A stretch of 57,877 nt of DNA, from contig CALVIE010000003.1 in the NCBI GenBank assembly GCA_944329385.1, positions 1-57,877 of the forward strand, in the 5' to 3' direction. This DNA is from an uncultured Bacilli bacterium. Its GTDB lineage: Bacteria > Bacillota_I > Bacilli_A > RF39 > UBA660. Below the pieces are notes generated by a model. The model was not told the origin of the DNA, did not search any database, and worked only from the letters and a program-made list of their open reading frames with translations. A program made the translations under genes and the position numbers. Positions within the stretch are counted from its first letter, which is position 1. Each line of letters starts with the position of its first letter. Of this stretch, positions 38,450 through 48,995 are shown piece after piece.

Positions 38450-38498
38450 AATTTATTCATATCTTTAAAAACTTGTTGTATACTATAAGAAAGAAAAA

Positions 38499-39365
38499 GT
38501 GGGTGGTAGTTTGAAAAAATTGAAAACTTTCTTTTTAATACTATGTGTATCATTTGCCTCTATAAGTATGGTCAAAGCCGATGAAGGCGTAGTCTATAGC
38601 CCAAGAACGTGTTTTGGCATAACTTATGGTATTCATAATAATCACTGGCACCAAGCTATATTACAAAATGGGCAGTATATCGCCCAAGGACAGCCAATAT
38701 ATACCTACCCATGTACCCCATCAAATGACCCAACCTTAAAATCATTAACCGTTAATAATAACCAAATTCAAATATCTGATAAAATGGAATTCAAAACCTA
38801 TGATGAACAAGTAACCATCATTGCTACCCCTACATATCAGGGTGCAAAAATAGAATACGAACAAAACAAAAAACTAAAAATTGGAAATAATAATGTACAA
38901 ATTAAAATAACAGGAATGGCTGGCCTTTCTAAAACTTACGAATTAAATATTATTAGACAAAAAATCTTAAGTACCAATAATAACATAAAAAAAATAACCA
39001 TTGATAACAAAGAATATAAATTCAAAAATAATACCATCAATAATCTTTTTGTCACTTCAAATCAAAAATCATTAAATATAAAAGTAACTCCAGAAGATAA
39101 AAATGCCCAAATAACCATTAAAAATAATGAAAACCTTAAATCAGGTGATAACAAAGTAACAATAATTGTCGAAGCTGAAAATGGCACATCTCAAGAATAT
39201 TATATTAATTATCATAAAACCATGGCTATATCAGACATCATCGGTACTATCATTGGCGTGCTAATACTATTATCCCCATTAATAATCATTATAATAATTA
39301 TATCCTTAAAAAATAAAAAGAAATACATAAACAACACAAAACATTACAAAAAATATAAACTATAA
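38499..39365 (+). CDS. Membrane-anchored surface protein, paralog of 21446..22423 (His-rich module plus cadherin-like repeats)
   Basis: C.GITYGIHNNHWHQAI...C, then PTLKSLTVNNNQI and NNNIKKITIDNKE repeats, then a C-terminal TM. The start may be the TTG at 38511. Confidence 0.55.
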   Translation: MGGSLKKLKTFFLILCVSFASISMVKADEGVVYSPRTCFGITYGIHNNHWHQAILQNGQYIAQGQPIYTYPCTPSNDPTLKSLTVNNNQIQISDKMEFKTYDEQVTIIATPTYQGAKIEYEQNKKLKIGNNNVQIKITGMAGLSKTYELNIIRQKILSTNNNIKKITIDNKEYKFKNNTINNLFVTSNQKSLNIKVTPEDKNAQITIKNNENLKSGDNKVTIIVEAENGTSQEYYINYHKTMAISDIIGTIIGVLILLSPLIIIIIIISLKNKKKYINNTKHYKKYKL

Positions 39366-39467
39366 AACTCATAATTTGCTATATGAGTTTTTTAAAATAT
39401 ATTGTATATTTTAAAAGATAATGATAAAATTGATATAGTAGGAAACTACTTAGAAGGAGGGGCTAAA

Positions 39468-40730
39468 GTGAAAGAAAAAACAGCCAAAAAAAGAAATAGT
39501 GCGATTGAATTATGGCGTTTTCTAATAGCTATTGCTATCGTTGGATTTCATATTGGATTCATCATTGCCAATACTTGTAAAGGTGCTAACGGCTATTATC
39601 TAGAAACATCAAACTGGTTCTTCGGCTCAAGTGAAGTACTATGGATTTTTACAATAACCGCTGGATATTTCATGGTATCTCATTTCAAAAAAAGAAATAT
39701 TTATAAAGATTATAAAGAAAGAAGTGCTTCATCAAAAGCTTGGGAATACACCTGGTCAAGAATAAAAGCCTTAATTCCAGTTTTAATTATTGGCTACATT
39801 CTTGGTGTTATCATTTGTACTAGTTTCTATTATCCAGACTATAATTTCCAACAAATATGTACTATGATTATTAATAGTTTATGGGAATTCTTAGGTTTTC
39901 ATGCCGCTGGACTTAGAAGCTTAGGCAATGAATTTTTCAACCTAAATGGACCTCTTTGGTTTATCTCAGCCATAATTATCGTTGGTTATTTCCTTTATTG
40001 GGGACTATGTAAAAATGAAGATTTCCTATCAGGAATAATCGCACCATTTATCTTTATTTTCTTAGGTGGATGGTGGAGCTTTACTGATACCAGAGCTTCA
40101 CAAACTGCTTGGTCTACATTTGGTACGCAAACCGCTTCAACTAATGGTACTGGTGGCTCTGCAACTGATGCAACTGCCATATTTGGTATGAATAACGGTT
40201 TAATCTTCGTTTTAATGGGTATGCTTGCTGGAATAATGCTATATTATCTAATCCAAAAAGTAAAAGATCATAAATTTACCTCAGCTGGTAAATTTGGACT
40301 AACAATTTTAAACCTTGTCGCCGGCGGATTACTTTTATGGTATACCATATATCCACCAACTTGGTTCGGTTTAGAAAGATGGACTGTTGCCTTATTATGT
40401 ATAATTGTTATTGGACTAACTTTATTAAATAAAGATAGCCTAACAAACGCTTTAAATAATAAATATACAAATGGCATTCTAAGTTATTTAGGTAGTATTT
40501 CATTACATATCTATATGCTTCACTACCCAATTGCTATATTTATCTTGCAAATGCTTGGACCAAACACTGCAGCTACAACTTATTCATTCTGGGCAATATA
40601 TATCCCAGCCGTTCTATTTACAATTGTCCTAAGTGCACTATTAAAAGAACTAATGGATATATTTAAAGAAAATAAAGAAGCTGCAAAATTAGAAAAGAAA
40701 ACAACTAAAAAAACCGTAAAACAAAGTTAA
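39468..40730 (+). CDS. Acyltransferase family 3 membrane protein
   Basis: R.SAIELWRFLIAIAIVGFH start and about 10 TM segments. GTG at 39468 follows GAAGGAGGGG. Confidence 0.75.
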   Translation: MKEKTAKKRNSAIELWRFLIAIAIVGFHIGFIIANTCKGANGYYLETSNWFFGSSEVLWIFTITAGYFMVSHFKKRNIYKDYKERSASSKAWEYTWSRIKALIPVLIIGYILGVIICTSFYYPDYNFQQICTMIINSLWEFLGFHAAGLRSLGNEFFNLNGPLWFISAIIIVGYFLYWGLCKNEDFLSGIIAPFIFIFLGGWWSFTDTRASQTAWSTFGTQTASTNGTGGSATDATAIFGMNNGLIFVLMGMLAGIMLYYLIQKVKDHKFTSAGKFGLTILNLVAGGLLLWYTIYPPTWFGLERWTVALLCIIVIGLTLLNKDSLTNALNNKYTNGILSYLGSISLHIYMLHYPIAIFILQMLGPNTAATTYSFWAIYIPAVLFTIVLSALLKELMDIFKENKEAAKLEKKTTKKTVKQS

Positions 40731-40793
40731 AATTAGCTTTGTTTTTTTCTTTATAAACTAAAAAAAATGTGTTAAGATAATAATGGTGAGAAT

Positions 40794-42353
40794 ATGAGAA
40801 TAATAAAAAAAAGGGACTTAAGAAATTTAATACATGATCGTGACACCGTAGCCATCAGTGGCTCTGGAGGTTCTGGATCAGCCGAAGCCATCATCAAGGG
40901 TATTAGCGATAGCTTTGTTAAAACAGGCCACCCTAAAAATCTAACCGTAACCTGTGGCATCAGCCCAGGAAACCTTACAGAAGATGAAGTAGGTATGAAT
41001 ATGCTTGCTAAAAAAGGATTAGTTGCTAAAGCAATATGTGCTCATCTAGGTATGGGAAGAGTATTCGGAAATGCTATCGGAAATAATCAATTTCCAGCTT
41101 TCGCCTTGCCACTTGGTGTCATAAATCATCTTTATAGAGCCATTGCCGGTCATGAATTAGGTGTCATCACCAAAGTTGGTTTAAATACTTTTGCCGACCC
41201 TAGAATAGAAGGATGCTGCGCCAATGAAAAAGCAAAAAAATTAAAACCAATTGTTGAACTTCTAAATATAGATGGTCATGAACAATTATTATATAAATCA
41301 TTTCCAATCAATGTCGCCGTCATCAAAGCAACCTATGCTGACGAAGAAGGTAATATATCCTTAGAACATGAAGCTGTAATTGGTGAACAATATAATATGG
41401 CTATTGCCGCTCATAATAGTGGTGGTATCGTCATCGTCCAGGTTGAACAAATAGTTCCCAAAAATTCATTAAAAGCCAGAAATGTTTTAATTCATTCATC
41501 TCTAGTCGATTATGTGTTAGTCGAAAAACCAGATTTATCACTAGGTGAATATAACATTCCGTTATACCGTCCAGAAGTAACTGGTGATAAAAAAATTGCT
41601 TTAAAAAGTATTAAAATAAGACCATTAGATAATCGAAAAGTTTGCGGAAGAAGAAGTACCATGGAACTTAGAAAAGGCTATGTTGTCAATCTAGGAGTTG
41701 GTATGCCAGATTCAGTTGCCAATGCTTGCGCTGAAGAGGGAATAAGTGATGATATATTTCTATCAGTCGAATCAGGCCCAACCGGTGGTATTCCAATTGG
41801 TGGAGTTGCCTTTGGTGGTGCAATTAACCCAGACTCAGTCATTCCAACTGCCGAACAATTCGATGCGTATAATGGTGGATCACTAGATATGGCTATACTA
41901 GGTCTTGCCGAAGTAGATAAAGAAGGTAACGTCAATGTTAGTAAATTTGGCACAAGAGTAACTGGACCAGGTGGATTTATTAATATAACTCAAAATACTA
42001 AAAAAGTTATATTTATGGGCACATTTACAGCCGGCAACTTAAAAGAAGAAATAAAAGATGGCAAAGTAAATATCTTAAATGAAGGAACTAATAAAAAATT
42101 TGTGAAAAAAGTTCAGCAAATAACTTTCTCTGCTAAAAACGCCATCAAAAATAAACAAGAAATTCTTTATGTAACCGAAAGAGCTGTCTTTAAACTAACA
42201 GTAAAAGGCCCAGAACTAATAGAAATAGCTCCAGGCATCGACTTAGAAAAAGATGTTTTAAATCAAATGGAATTTAAACCACAAATATCCCAAAATCTAA
42301 AAATAATGGATAAACGTATCTTCCAAGATAAAAAAATGAATTTAAAAATATAA
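40794..42353 (+). CDS. Acyl-CoA:acetate/propionate CoA-transferase family protein
   Basis: DTVAISGSGGSGSAEA, the EHEA region and GPGGFINI are typical of the COG4670 fused CoA-transferases. Confidence 0.8.
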   Translation: MRIIKKRDLRNLIHDRDTVAISGSGGSGSAEAIIKGISDSFVKTGHPKNLTVTCGISPGNLTEDEVGMNMLAKKGLVAKAICAHLGMGRVFGNAIGNNQFPAFALPLGVINHLYRAIAGHELGVITKVGLNTFADPRIEGCCANEKAKKLKPIVELLNIDGHEQLLYKSFPINVAVIKATYADEEGNISLEHEAVIGEQYNMAIAAHNSGGIVIVQVEQIVPKNSLKARNVLIHSSLVDYVLVEKPDLSLGEYNIPLYRPEVTGDKKIALKSIKIRPLDNRKVCGRRSTMELRKGYVVNLGVGMPDSVANACAEEGISDDIFLSVESGPTGGIPIGGVAFGGAINPDSVIPTAEQFDAYNGGSLDMAILGLAEVDKEGNVNVSKFGTRVTGPGGFINITQNTKKVIFMGTFTAGNLKEEIKDGKVNILNEGTNKKFVKKVQQITFSAKNAIKNKQEILYVTERAVFKLTVKGPELIEIAPGIDLEKDVLNQMEFKPQISQNLKIMDKRIFQDKKMNLKI

Positions 42354-42357
42354 AGGG

Positions 42358-42392
42358 CTAGTACAGACTTTATTGTTTTGTACTAGTTTTTT
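42358..42392 (+). terminator. Rho-independent terminator
   Basis: CTAGTACA ... TGTACTAG followed by T6. Confidence 0.75.
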
Positions 42393-42430
42393 CTTCAAAA
42401 AAATAACAATGTGTGATATGATTAAATCAG

Positions 42431-42628
42431 AAAACAAAAAAAAGATGCCAACGCATCATCTTAATTAAATAAGTATTTAGGGTTAAACCTTTATTTTAAC
42501 TCTCTATGTCATCTTAAATAGTACTAAAAAAGACGATTTCAAATGGCAAACCAAATAGAATTGGCGTCATTTTAAATAAATCGTCTTTTCTAACAAACAC
42601 TCTACCACATTCTCCAGCCAAAAGTCAA
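42431..42628 (-). ncRNA. Candidate minus-strand small transcript (promoter, long hairpin, terminator) with an 18-codon hydrophobic ORF
   Basis: Minus-strand TTGACT(42628..42623)-18-TAGAGT(42604..42599). 12-bp stem 42578..42589 / 42527..42539. GATGC-loop-GCATC terminator followed by T8 and TGTTTT (12 T in 13 nt) at 42431..42462. The ORF MTPILFGLPFEIVFFSTI lies at 42570..42514. Confidence 0.3.
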
Positions 42629-42687
42629 ACCAAATTTGACCAAATAAAAAAAATAATGTAATATATAACCACAAAGAAAGGGATAAT

Positions 42688-43512
42688 ATGACAACATATA
42701 ATCAAATATCAGAAGAACTAATAAATAATGAAGCTAAAGAATTTTATAGATTTCAAGGACATAATAGTTTTGAATGTTATGACATTAGAAATAATAGATT
42801 CAATAATGACTCTCATTATGTTTATGTTTCAAACTCAAAAGATCACCATTACTATTTTACTGTAAAAAGAATAAAACAATTAATTAATACTATTGTTTTA
42901 AATGGGACAGATTACCAAATAACAAAAAAACAAATAACAAATAATGAAAATTATAAAAACATAAAAAAAATTATTTTTAACTCAGATAAAGTAAGGAATT
43001 TAAATAGCATATCCCTAGTATGTGACCAAGTTTATTATGCCCTATTAAAAGAAAATTGTATAAACAGTTATCAAAAAACAAAAGATAGCGGTATTGAAAG
43101 AGTAGATAGAAAAGTTTTTGGTGGTGGTTATGGCGTAACAGATGCTTGGCTTGATTTATTTAATGACCTAACATACTTCTCATCACATCTTAAAATATCA
43201 ACTATTGATGTTTTAAATTTACTAAAAAAGATGAAAAACAAAGGTATTCAAGCAAGCCCACAGTTAATCCAAGATATCCTAGAAACTAAGCAGCGCAATT
43301 ACATCATATCACCAAACCTTTATGATGACTTTCATAAATACACCATTATGAATGATTTAGAACGCATTTGTCAAAACGGTTTATACTTAGAAGGCAGTAG
43401 CTTTTACACCCACCCTTCAAAAACTATCAAAGAAGTCCTAAACTCATATAAAAGAAAGCGTGAAAAAATATTAACTAAAATAGATAGACAGTACTATCAT
43501 TTAAGCAGATAA
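42688..43512 (+). CDS. Hypothetical protein (274 aa)
   Basis: ORF with SD AAAGGGA. No recognised motif. Confidence 0.5.
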   Translation: MTTYNQISEELINNEAKEFYRFQGHNSFECYDIRNNRFNNDSHYVYVSNSKDHHYYFTVKRIKQLINTIVLNGTDYQITKKQITNNENYKNIKKIIFNSDKVRNLNSISLVCDQVYYALLKENCINSYQKTKDSGIERVDRKVFGGGYGVTDAWLDLFNDLTYFSSHLKISTIDVLNLLKKMKNKGIQASPQLIQDILETKQRNYIISPNLYDDFHKYTIMNDLERICQNGLYLEGSSFYTHPSKTIKEVLNSYKRKREKILTKIDRQYYHLSR

Positions 43513-43528
43513 AATTTCTGCTTTTTTC
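43503..43528 (+). terminator. Rho-independent terminator
   Basis: AAGCAGA-TAAAATT-TCTGCTT followed by Ts. Confidence 0.7.
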
Positions 43529-43592
43529 TTTGTCTAAAAAGTCCAACACCCACAATTGCATGTTATAATAAATAAAGAAAAGAGGTATCAGT

Positions 43593-45875
43593 ATGCTTAA
43601 TATAAAAGAAGGCCTTGTTATTGCTCCAAACTATATCAAAGAAAATATTCTAAAACAAATATCCAAAGAAAAAAAACTAATTAACATAAAATTTATGACC
43701 AAAGAAGAATTTATTAAAAATTACTATGGCTCTTTAAAACCAGAAAGCCTATATTTTTTAATGAAAAATTTTAATCTAAACTACCACACCGCCATTAAAT
43801 ATTTAAATAACATTTTTATAAATAGTAAAGAAATAACACCATACTTCTTAAAACTAAAAGAAGCAAACCTTATAGAAATAAATCCCTATTTCAAACAAAA
43901 TTTAAAAAATATCACTGTCATTTCTTATGAACTTGATCCATATTTAATAAAGTCCTTAAAAAAATATAACCTTAATATCATCAAAAATGAAATAGGTAAC
44001 CTAAACCCAGTAATTCATGAATTTCAATCACAAACAGATGAAATAATATATACCGCTCAGTCTATCATTAATAAATTAAATAATAATATCGATATAAATA
44101 ATATATATATATCAGGCCTTACTGAAGATTATAAAAGTGAATTCATAAGAATCTTTAACCTCTTTAATATTCCATTTAACCATAAACCTTATACACTTTA
44201 TAGCTCAAAAGTAGTCCAGATATTTATTAAAACACTAATAAAAACCAAAGACCTTCAAACCTCATTAGATGCTTTAAAAGATTCAGAATTAAAAAATAAA
44301 ATAATTAATGTATTAAATACATTAAGACTTCCAATTATCGATGATATATCATTAGAAATAATAACAAACAAGCTAAAAGAAATTACTATAGAAACCAAAG
44401 TAAACAACGCGGTTCAAACAATCGACATAAACCAAATAAACGATAAAACAAATCACTATTATATCTTAGGCTTTAATCAAGGAATTATTCCACACATAAA
44501 CAAAGATGATGACATCATCACCGATAAAGAAAAAGAAAAACTTGGAATTTTAACTTCCTTAGATAAAAACAAAATAAACCAAAAACAAATAGAATATATC
44601 ATCAAAACATTTCCACATCTAACAATTTCTTATAAATTAAAAGACACCTTTAATACTTACTATCCTTCCGCCATCATAAATAAACTAAACTTAAACGTTC
44701 AAAAAGACCATCAAATAAATCTTACATACTCAAATAAATTTAACCAATTATATCTAGGTACTATGTTAGACGATTACTTTAAATATAACGAAAAAAATAC
44801 TAACCTAAATAAACTTCTAGCTACATATCCAAATATAAACTATGCCTCATACTCAAATGAATATCATCACATCGAAAAAAATCTTCTCAAAGAATACTTA
44901 AATAATAACCTAACCCTATCCTATACAAGTTTAAATAATTATGCATTATGCCCATTTAAATTCTATGCTAAACACATATTAAAATTAGAACCTTTCGAAG
45001 AAACCTTCGCCCTTTTAATAGGAAACCTCTTCCACGAAGTCCTATCTCAAATGTATAATGACAACTTTAATCCAAAAGAAATGTACTATGATTTTCTAAA
45101 AGATAAACAAATAACCCCAAAAGAAACTTTCTATTTAGATAAACTATTTAAAACTTTAAATAAAGATATTGAAATAATTAAAAATCAAGAAAAACATAGT
45201 ACATATAAACACCATTTAACCGAAACACCAATCGAAATAGATAAATCAAAAGATATTAAAATCACATTTAAAGGAAAAATAGATAAACTCTCATATAATG
45301 ATAAAAATGCTATCATTATCGATTATAAAACAGGAAGTATAAAAGCCACCCTAGATAATATCAATTATGGATTAAACATGCAGCTTCCAACCTATATTTA
45401 CCTTGCCCAAAATGGCCTAAACAAATATAAAATAAATGGCTTTTACCTTCAAACTCTCTTAACAAATAAAACCCTAGATAGTAAAGATAGTGAAAAAGAC
45501 ATCAAACAAAATTTAAAACTAAAAGGTTATACTATAAACGATGAAAATATCATTAGCCAAATAGACGATACCTATCAAAATAGTGAAGTTATAAGCTCTC
45601 TAAAAACCACAAAAAACGGTTTTTATGTAAATGCTAAACTAATTGATAGAAAAGGAATCGATAAACTAAGTGACCTTACCAATAAAAATATCGAAAATGC
45701 TATTAATAATATTCTAAACACTAACTTTAAAATAAACCCAAAAAGAATAGATAACGACAACATCAGCTGTAAATATTGCCCATTCAAAGATTTGTGCTTT
45801 GTAACCGAAAATGACATTACCGATTTAAAAACCGTAAAATTCAAAGATATTATAGGAGGTGAAAAAAATGCCTAA
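43593..45875 (+). CDS. addB: Helicase-nuclease complex subunit B (AddB/RexB-like, compact 760 aa)
   Basis: C-terminal PD-(D/E)xK nuclease region (IDKLS...IIIDYKTG) and Cys motifs C.F..Y...CKYCPFKDLC. It overlaps addA by 8 nt. Confidence 0.75.
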   Translation: MLNIKEGLVIAPNYIKENILKQISKEKKLINIKFMTKEEFIKNYYGSLKPESLYFLMKNFNLNYHTAIKYLNNIFINSKEITPYFLKLKEANLIEINPYFKQNLKNITVISYELDPYLIKSLKKYNLNIIKNEIGNLNPVIHEFQSQTDEIIYTAQSIINKLNNNIDINNIYISGLTEDYKSEFIRIFNLFNIPFNHKPYTLYSSKVVQIFIKTLIKTKDLQTSLDALKDSELKNKIINVLNTLRLPIIDDISLEIITNKLKEITIETKVNNAVQTIDINQINDKTNHYYILGFNQGIIPHINKDDDIITDKEKEKLGILTSLDKNKINQKQIEYIIKTFPHLTISYKLKDTFNTYYPSAIINKLNLNVQKDHQINLTYSNKFNQLYLGTMLDDYFKYNEKNTNLNKLLATYPNINYASYSNEYHHIEKNLLKEYLNNNLTLSYTSLNNYALCPFKFYAKHILKLEPFEETFALLIGNLFHEVLSQMYNDNFNPKEMYYDFLKDKQITPKETFYLDKLFKTLNKDIEIIKNQEKHSTYKHHLTETPIEIDKSKDIKITFKGKIDKLSYNDKNAIIIDYKTGSIKATLDNINYGLNMQLPTYIYLAQNGLNKYKINGFYLQTLLTNKTLDSKDSEKDIKQNLKLKGYTINDENIISQIDDTYQNSEVISSLKTTKNGFYVNAKLIDRKGIDKLSDLTNKNIENAINNILNTNFKINPKRIDNDNISCKYCPFKDLCFVTENDITDLKTVKFKDIIGGEKNA

Positions 45876-48800
45876 ATGGACTAAGGAACAACAACTAGCC
45901 ATCGATAAATCAGGACAAAATATCATCGTTTCAGCCAGTGCTGGTAGTGGTAAAACCGCGGTCTTATCAGAAAGAGTTCTAACTAAAATCAAACAAGGTA
46001 TCAGTGTTGATAACTTATTAATTCTTACATTCACCAACGCCGCCGCTGCTGAGATGAAAGAGAGAATAAGAAAAAAGATAATCGAAGCTAATATCCAAAG
46101 TGAAGCGGATAAAGTAGATACCGCCGATATTACAACCTTTGACGCTTATGCCCTAAGTCTAGTTAAAAAATATAGTCATTACTTAAACATCTCACCAAAC
46201 CTTTCAATCGTTGACGCAAGCATCATGTCCTTAGAAAAAAAACATATCATAGGTGACATCTTTGACCATTACTATGAAATAAAAGATCAAAAATTTCTAA
46301 ACCTCATTGCAAATTTTACTGTAAAAGATGACTCATCAATAATAAAAAATATTTTAAAACTAGATGATAGTCTAAATAACCTATATAATAAAGATGAATA
46401 TTTAAATAACTATTTAACTAATTATTATAATGAAAATCAAATAAATAAGTATATAGACGAGTACCTAAATCTTATCAAAGAAAAACAAAAAAGCATTAAA
46501 AACATCATCAAAAGCCTAAGCTATTATACAGACGGAACCTATATAGAAAAACTAGAAACCGTATTAAATACATTAATACATACCAGTAATTATGATGAAA
46601 TTCAAAAATCATTTCCAAATAGACTACCAAATCTACCTAAAAATAGTTCAGAAGAAGCAAAAAACCTAAAAACATCCTTATCAAACATCATTAAAGAACT
46701 TAAAGAATTAACCGAAGAAAATCTCCAAAACATCAAACAAAATATTTATAAAACAAAAGCCTATGCTGAAGTAATAATAGATATTATTTTAAAACTAGAT
46801 AAAAGATTAAATAAATTTAAAAAAGAAAAAAACGTCTATGAATTTATTGATATTTCAAGGCTTGCCATTAATCTATTAAAAAATAACCAAGAAATTAGAG
46901 AAAACCTAAAAAATAAATATCATGAAATTTTAATTGATGAATACCAAGATACCAACGACATTCAAGAAACATTTATCTCTTATATTGAAAAAAATAATGT
47001 TTATATGGTGGGTGACATCAAGCAGTCCATTTACCGTTTTAGACACACAAATCCAGAGCTTTTTAAAACAAAATATGAAAATTATAGTCAAAATAAAAAT
47101 GGTTTAAAAATCGACTTAAATAAAAACTTTAGATCAAGAAAAGAAGTCTTAAATAATATCAATGAAATGTTTAATCAAATAATGAATTCAAACATCGGTG
47201 GAGCAGACTATATTGAAAGCCATCAAATGATTTTCGGAAATACTGCCTATGAAGAAATAAATAAAGAAAACTATAACATGGAAATATTAAACTATGAAAA
47301 ACCAGAAGATAAAACCTATACCCAAACTGAAATAGAAATATTTATTATCGCAAACGATATTAAACAAAAAATAAAAAATAATTTTCAAATCATGGATAAA
47401 GAAACTAATAAACCAAAAGACTTAGAATATAAAGACTGTGCCATCTTAATAGATCGCTCATCAAGTTTCGAACTTTATAAAAAAATATTTGAATACTTAA
47501 ATATCCCTATAACTATATACCGTGACAAAGCCATAAATAACTCTGATGAAATAATAATTTTTAAACACATTTATAACCTTTTATTATCACCCAAAAAAGA
47601 TACAAATTATAAATACTCATATACATCTATCGCAAGAAGTTATCTCTTTCAAATGAGTGATAATGAAATACTAACCCATATAAAAAATAATGACTATGAT
47701 AAAACCGAAATAATAGATAAAATAAATAAACTAAAAGAAAATTTATCATTAAAAACTAATGAAATATTAATGAGAGAAATCATTGATACCTTTGACATTT
47801 ACCAAAAAATAATAACTGCCAAAGACATCCACCAAAGAATTACCATCATCGACTCCTTAATAAAAGTTTCCCAAAACTGTGATAAATTAGGCTATGACTT
47901 AAAAGACTTTTATAATTATTTAAATGAAGTATTAGAAGATGGATTAGATATCAAACTCGCACTCAATAAAGAAGATTCAAACTCTGTAAAAATCATGACC
48001 ATTCACGCCTCAAAAGGACTAGAATTTCCAATATGTTATTTTAGTTCATTAAATAAAAAATTCAATATCGATGATTTAAAAAGCCTCTTTTACTTCCAAG
48101 ATAAATATGGATTAGTCATTCCTTACTGCGATGAAACTCCAAAAAGCACAATCTTAAAAACTCTTCTTAAAAATAATTATATCAAAGAAGAAATATCCGA
48201 AAGAATTAGACTATTCTATGTCGCCTTAACTAGAGCTAGAGAAAAAATGATTCTAATCACTAATATGAATCAAACCATAACCTATAAAGATGATGGAGTT
48301 ATAGATGATAATATCAGATTAAAATATATGTCTTTCCAGCACCTCTTAAACTCAATCTATCCCTCATTAGAAAAATATCTAACTCAAATAGATTTAGATA
48401 AAATAAACCTAACTAAAGAATATAACCTGCCAGTCAAAATAAAAAATATAGACGAAGACAAAACAACTCCTCTCATCATCAAAGAATTAAATATCCAAAA
48501 AGAAATACTAACTCAAAATAAATTTTCTAAACAAACAAACACATTATATACAAAAGATGAACAGCAAAACATTGATCTAGGCTTAAAAATGCATAGTATC
48601 TTAGAAAACATTGACTTTAACAACCTAGACTTCACTTATCTAAATAACTTTGAAAAACAAAAAGTGATTTCATTTCTAAATACTAAAATACTAAATAGTG
48701 CCAAAAAAATATATAAAGAATATGAATTTTTCTATGAAGAAAATAATGAAAATTATCATGGTATCATCGACTTACTTATAGAAAAAGAAAATGAAAACAT

Positions 48801-48951
48801 AATTATTGATTATAAATTAAAAAACACACAAGATGATGCATACTTAAAACAATTAAATGGTTATAAAAACTATATTGAAAATATAACAAACAAAAAAACA
48901 AAAATATATTTGTATTCCATCCTTGATGAACAATTAATAGACTTAAATTGA
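45868..48951 (+). CDS. addA: ATP-dependent helicase/nuclease subunit A (UvrD/AddA family)
   Basis: VSASAGSGKTAVL, ILTFTNAAAAEM, IDEYQDTN, MTIHASKGLEF, ALTRAR and the C-terminal nuclease GIIDLL...IIDYK. Confidence 0.88.
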   Translation: MPKWTKEQQLAIDKSGQNIIVSASAGSGKTAVLSERVLTKIKQGISVDNLLILTFTNAAAAEMKERIRKKIIEANIQSEADKVDTADITTFDAYALSLVKKYSHYLNISPNLSIVDASIMSLEKKHIIGDIFDHYYEIKDQKFLNLIANFTVKDDSSIIKNILKLDDSLNNLYNKDEYLNNYLTNYYNENQINKYIDEYLNLIKEKQKSIKNIIKSLSYYTDGTYIEKLETVLNTLIHTSNYDEIQKSFPNRLPNLPKNSSEEAKNLKTSLSNIIKELKELTEENLQNIKQNIYKTKAYAEVIIDIILKLDKRLNKFKKEKNVYEFIDISRLAINLLKNNQEIRENLKNKYHEILIDEYQDTNDIQETFISYIEKNNVYMVGDIKQSIYRFRHTNPELFKTKYENYSQNKNGLKIDLNKNFRSRKEVLNNINEMFNQIMNSNIGGADYIESHQMIFGNTAYEEINKENYNMEILNYEKPEDKTYTQTEIEIFIIANDIKQKIKNNFQIMDKETNKPKDLEYKDCAILIDRSSSFELYKKIFEYLNIPITIYRDKAINNSDEIIIFKHIYNLLLSPKKDTNYKYSYTSIARSYLFQMSDNEILTHIKNNDYDKTEIIDKINKLKENLSLKTNEILMREIIDTFDIYQKIITAKDIHQRITIIDSLIKVSQNCDKLGYDLKDFYNYLNEVLEDGLDIKLALNKEDSNSVKIMTIHASKGLEFPICYFSSLNKKFNIDDLKSLFYFQDKYGLVIPYCDETPKSTILKTLLKNNYIKEEISERIRLFYVALTRAREKMILITNMNQTITYKDDGVIDDNIRLKYMSFQHLLNSIYPSLEKYLTQIDLDKINLTKEYNLPVKIKNIDEDKTTPLIIKELNIQKEILTQNKFSKQTNTLYTKDEQQNIDLGLKMHSILENIDFNNLDFTYLNNFEKQKVISFLNTKILNSAKKIYKEYEFFYEENNENYHGIIDLLIEKENENIIIDYKLKNTQDDAYLKQLNGYKNYIENITNKKTKIYLYSILDEQLIDLN

Positions 48952-48995
48952 ATAAATAAAAACATAAATCACCATAATAATTATAAGGTGAAACT

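Noticed and set aside
40780-40796. Identical 16-mer AATGGTGAGAATATGA at the starts of the CoA-transferase (40794) and glycosyltransferase (55871) genes as a possible repeat element
   Set aside because: The match covers only the SD and start-codon context. There is no extended similarity on either side.
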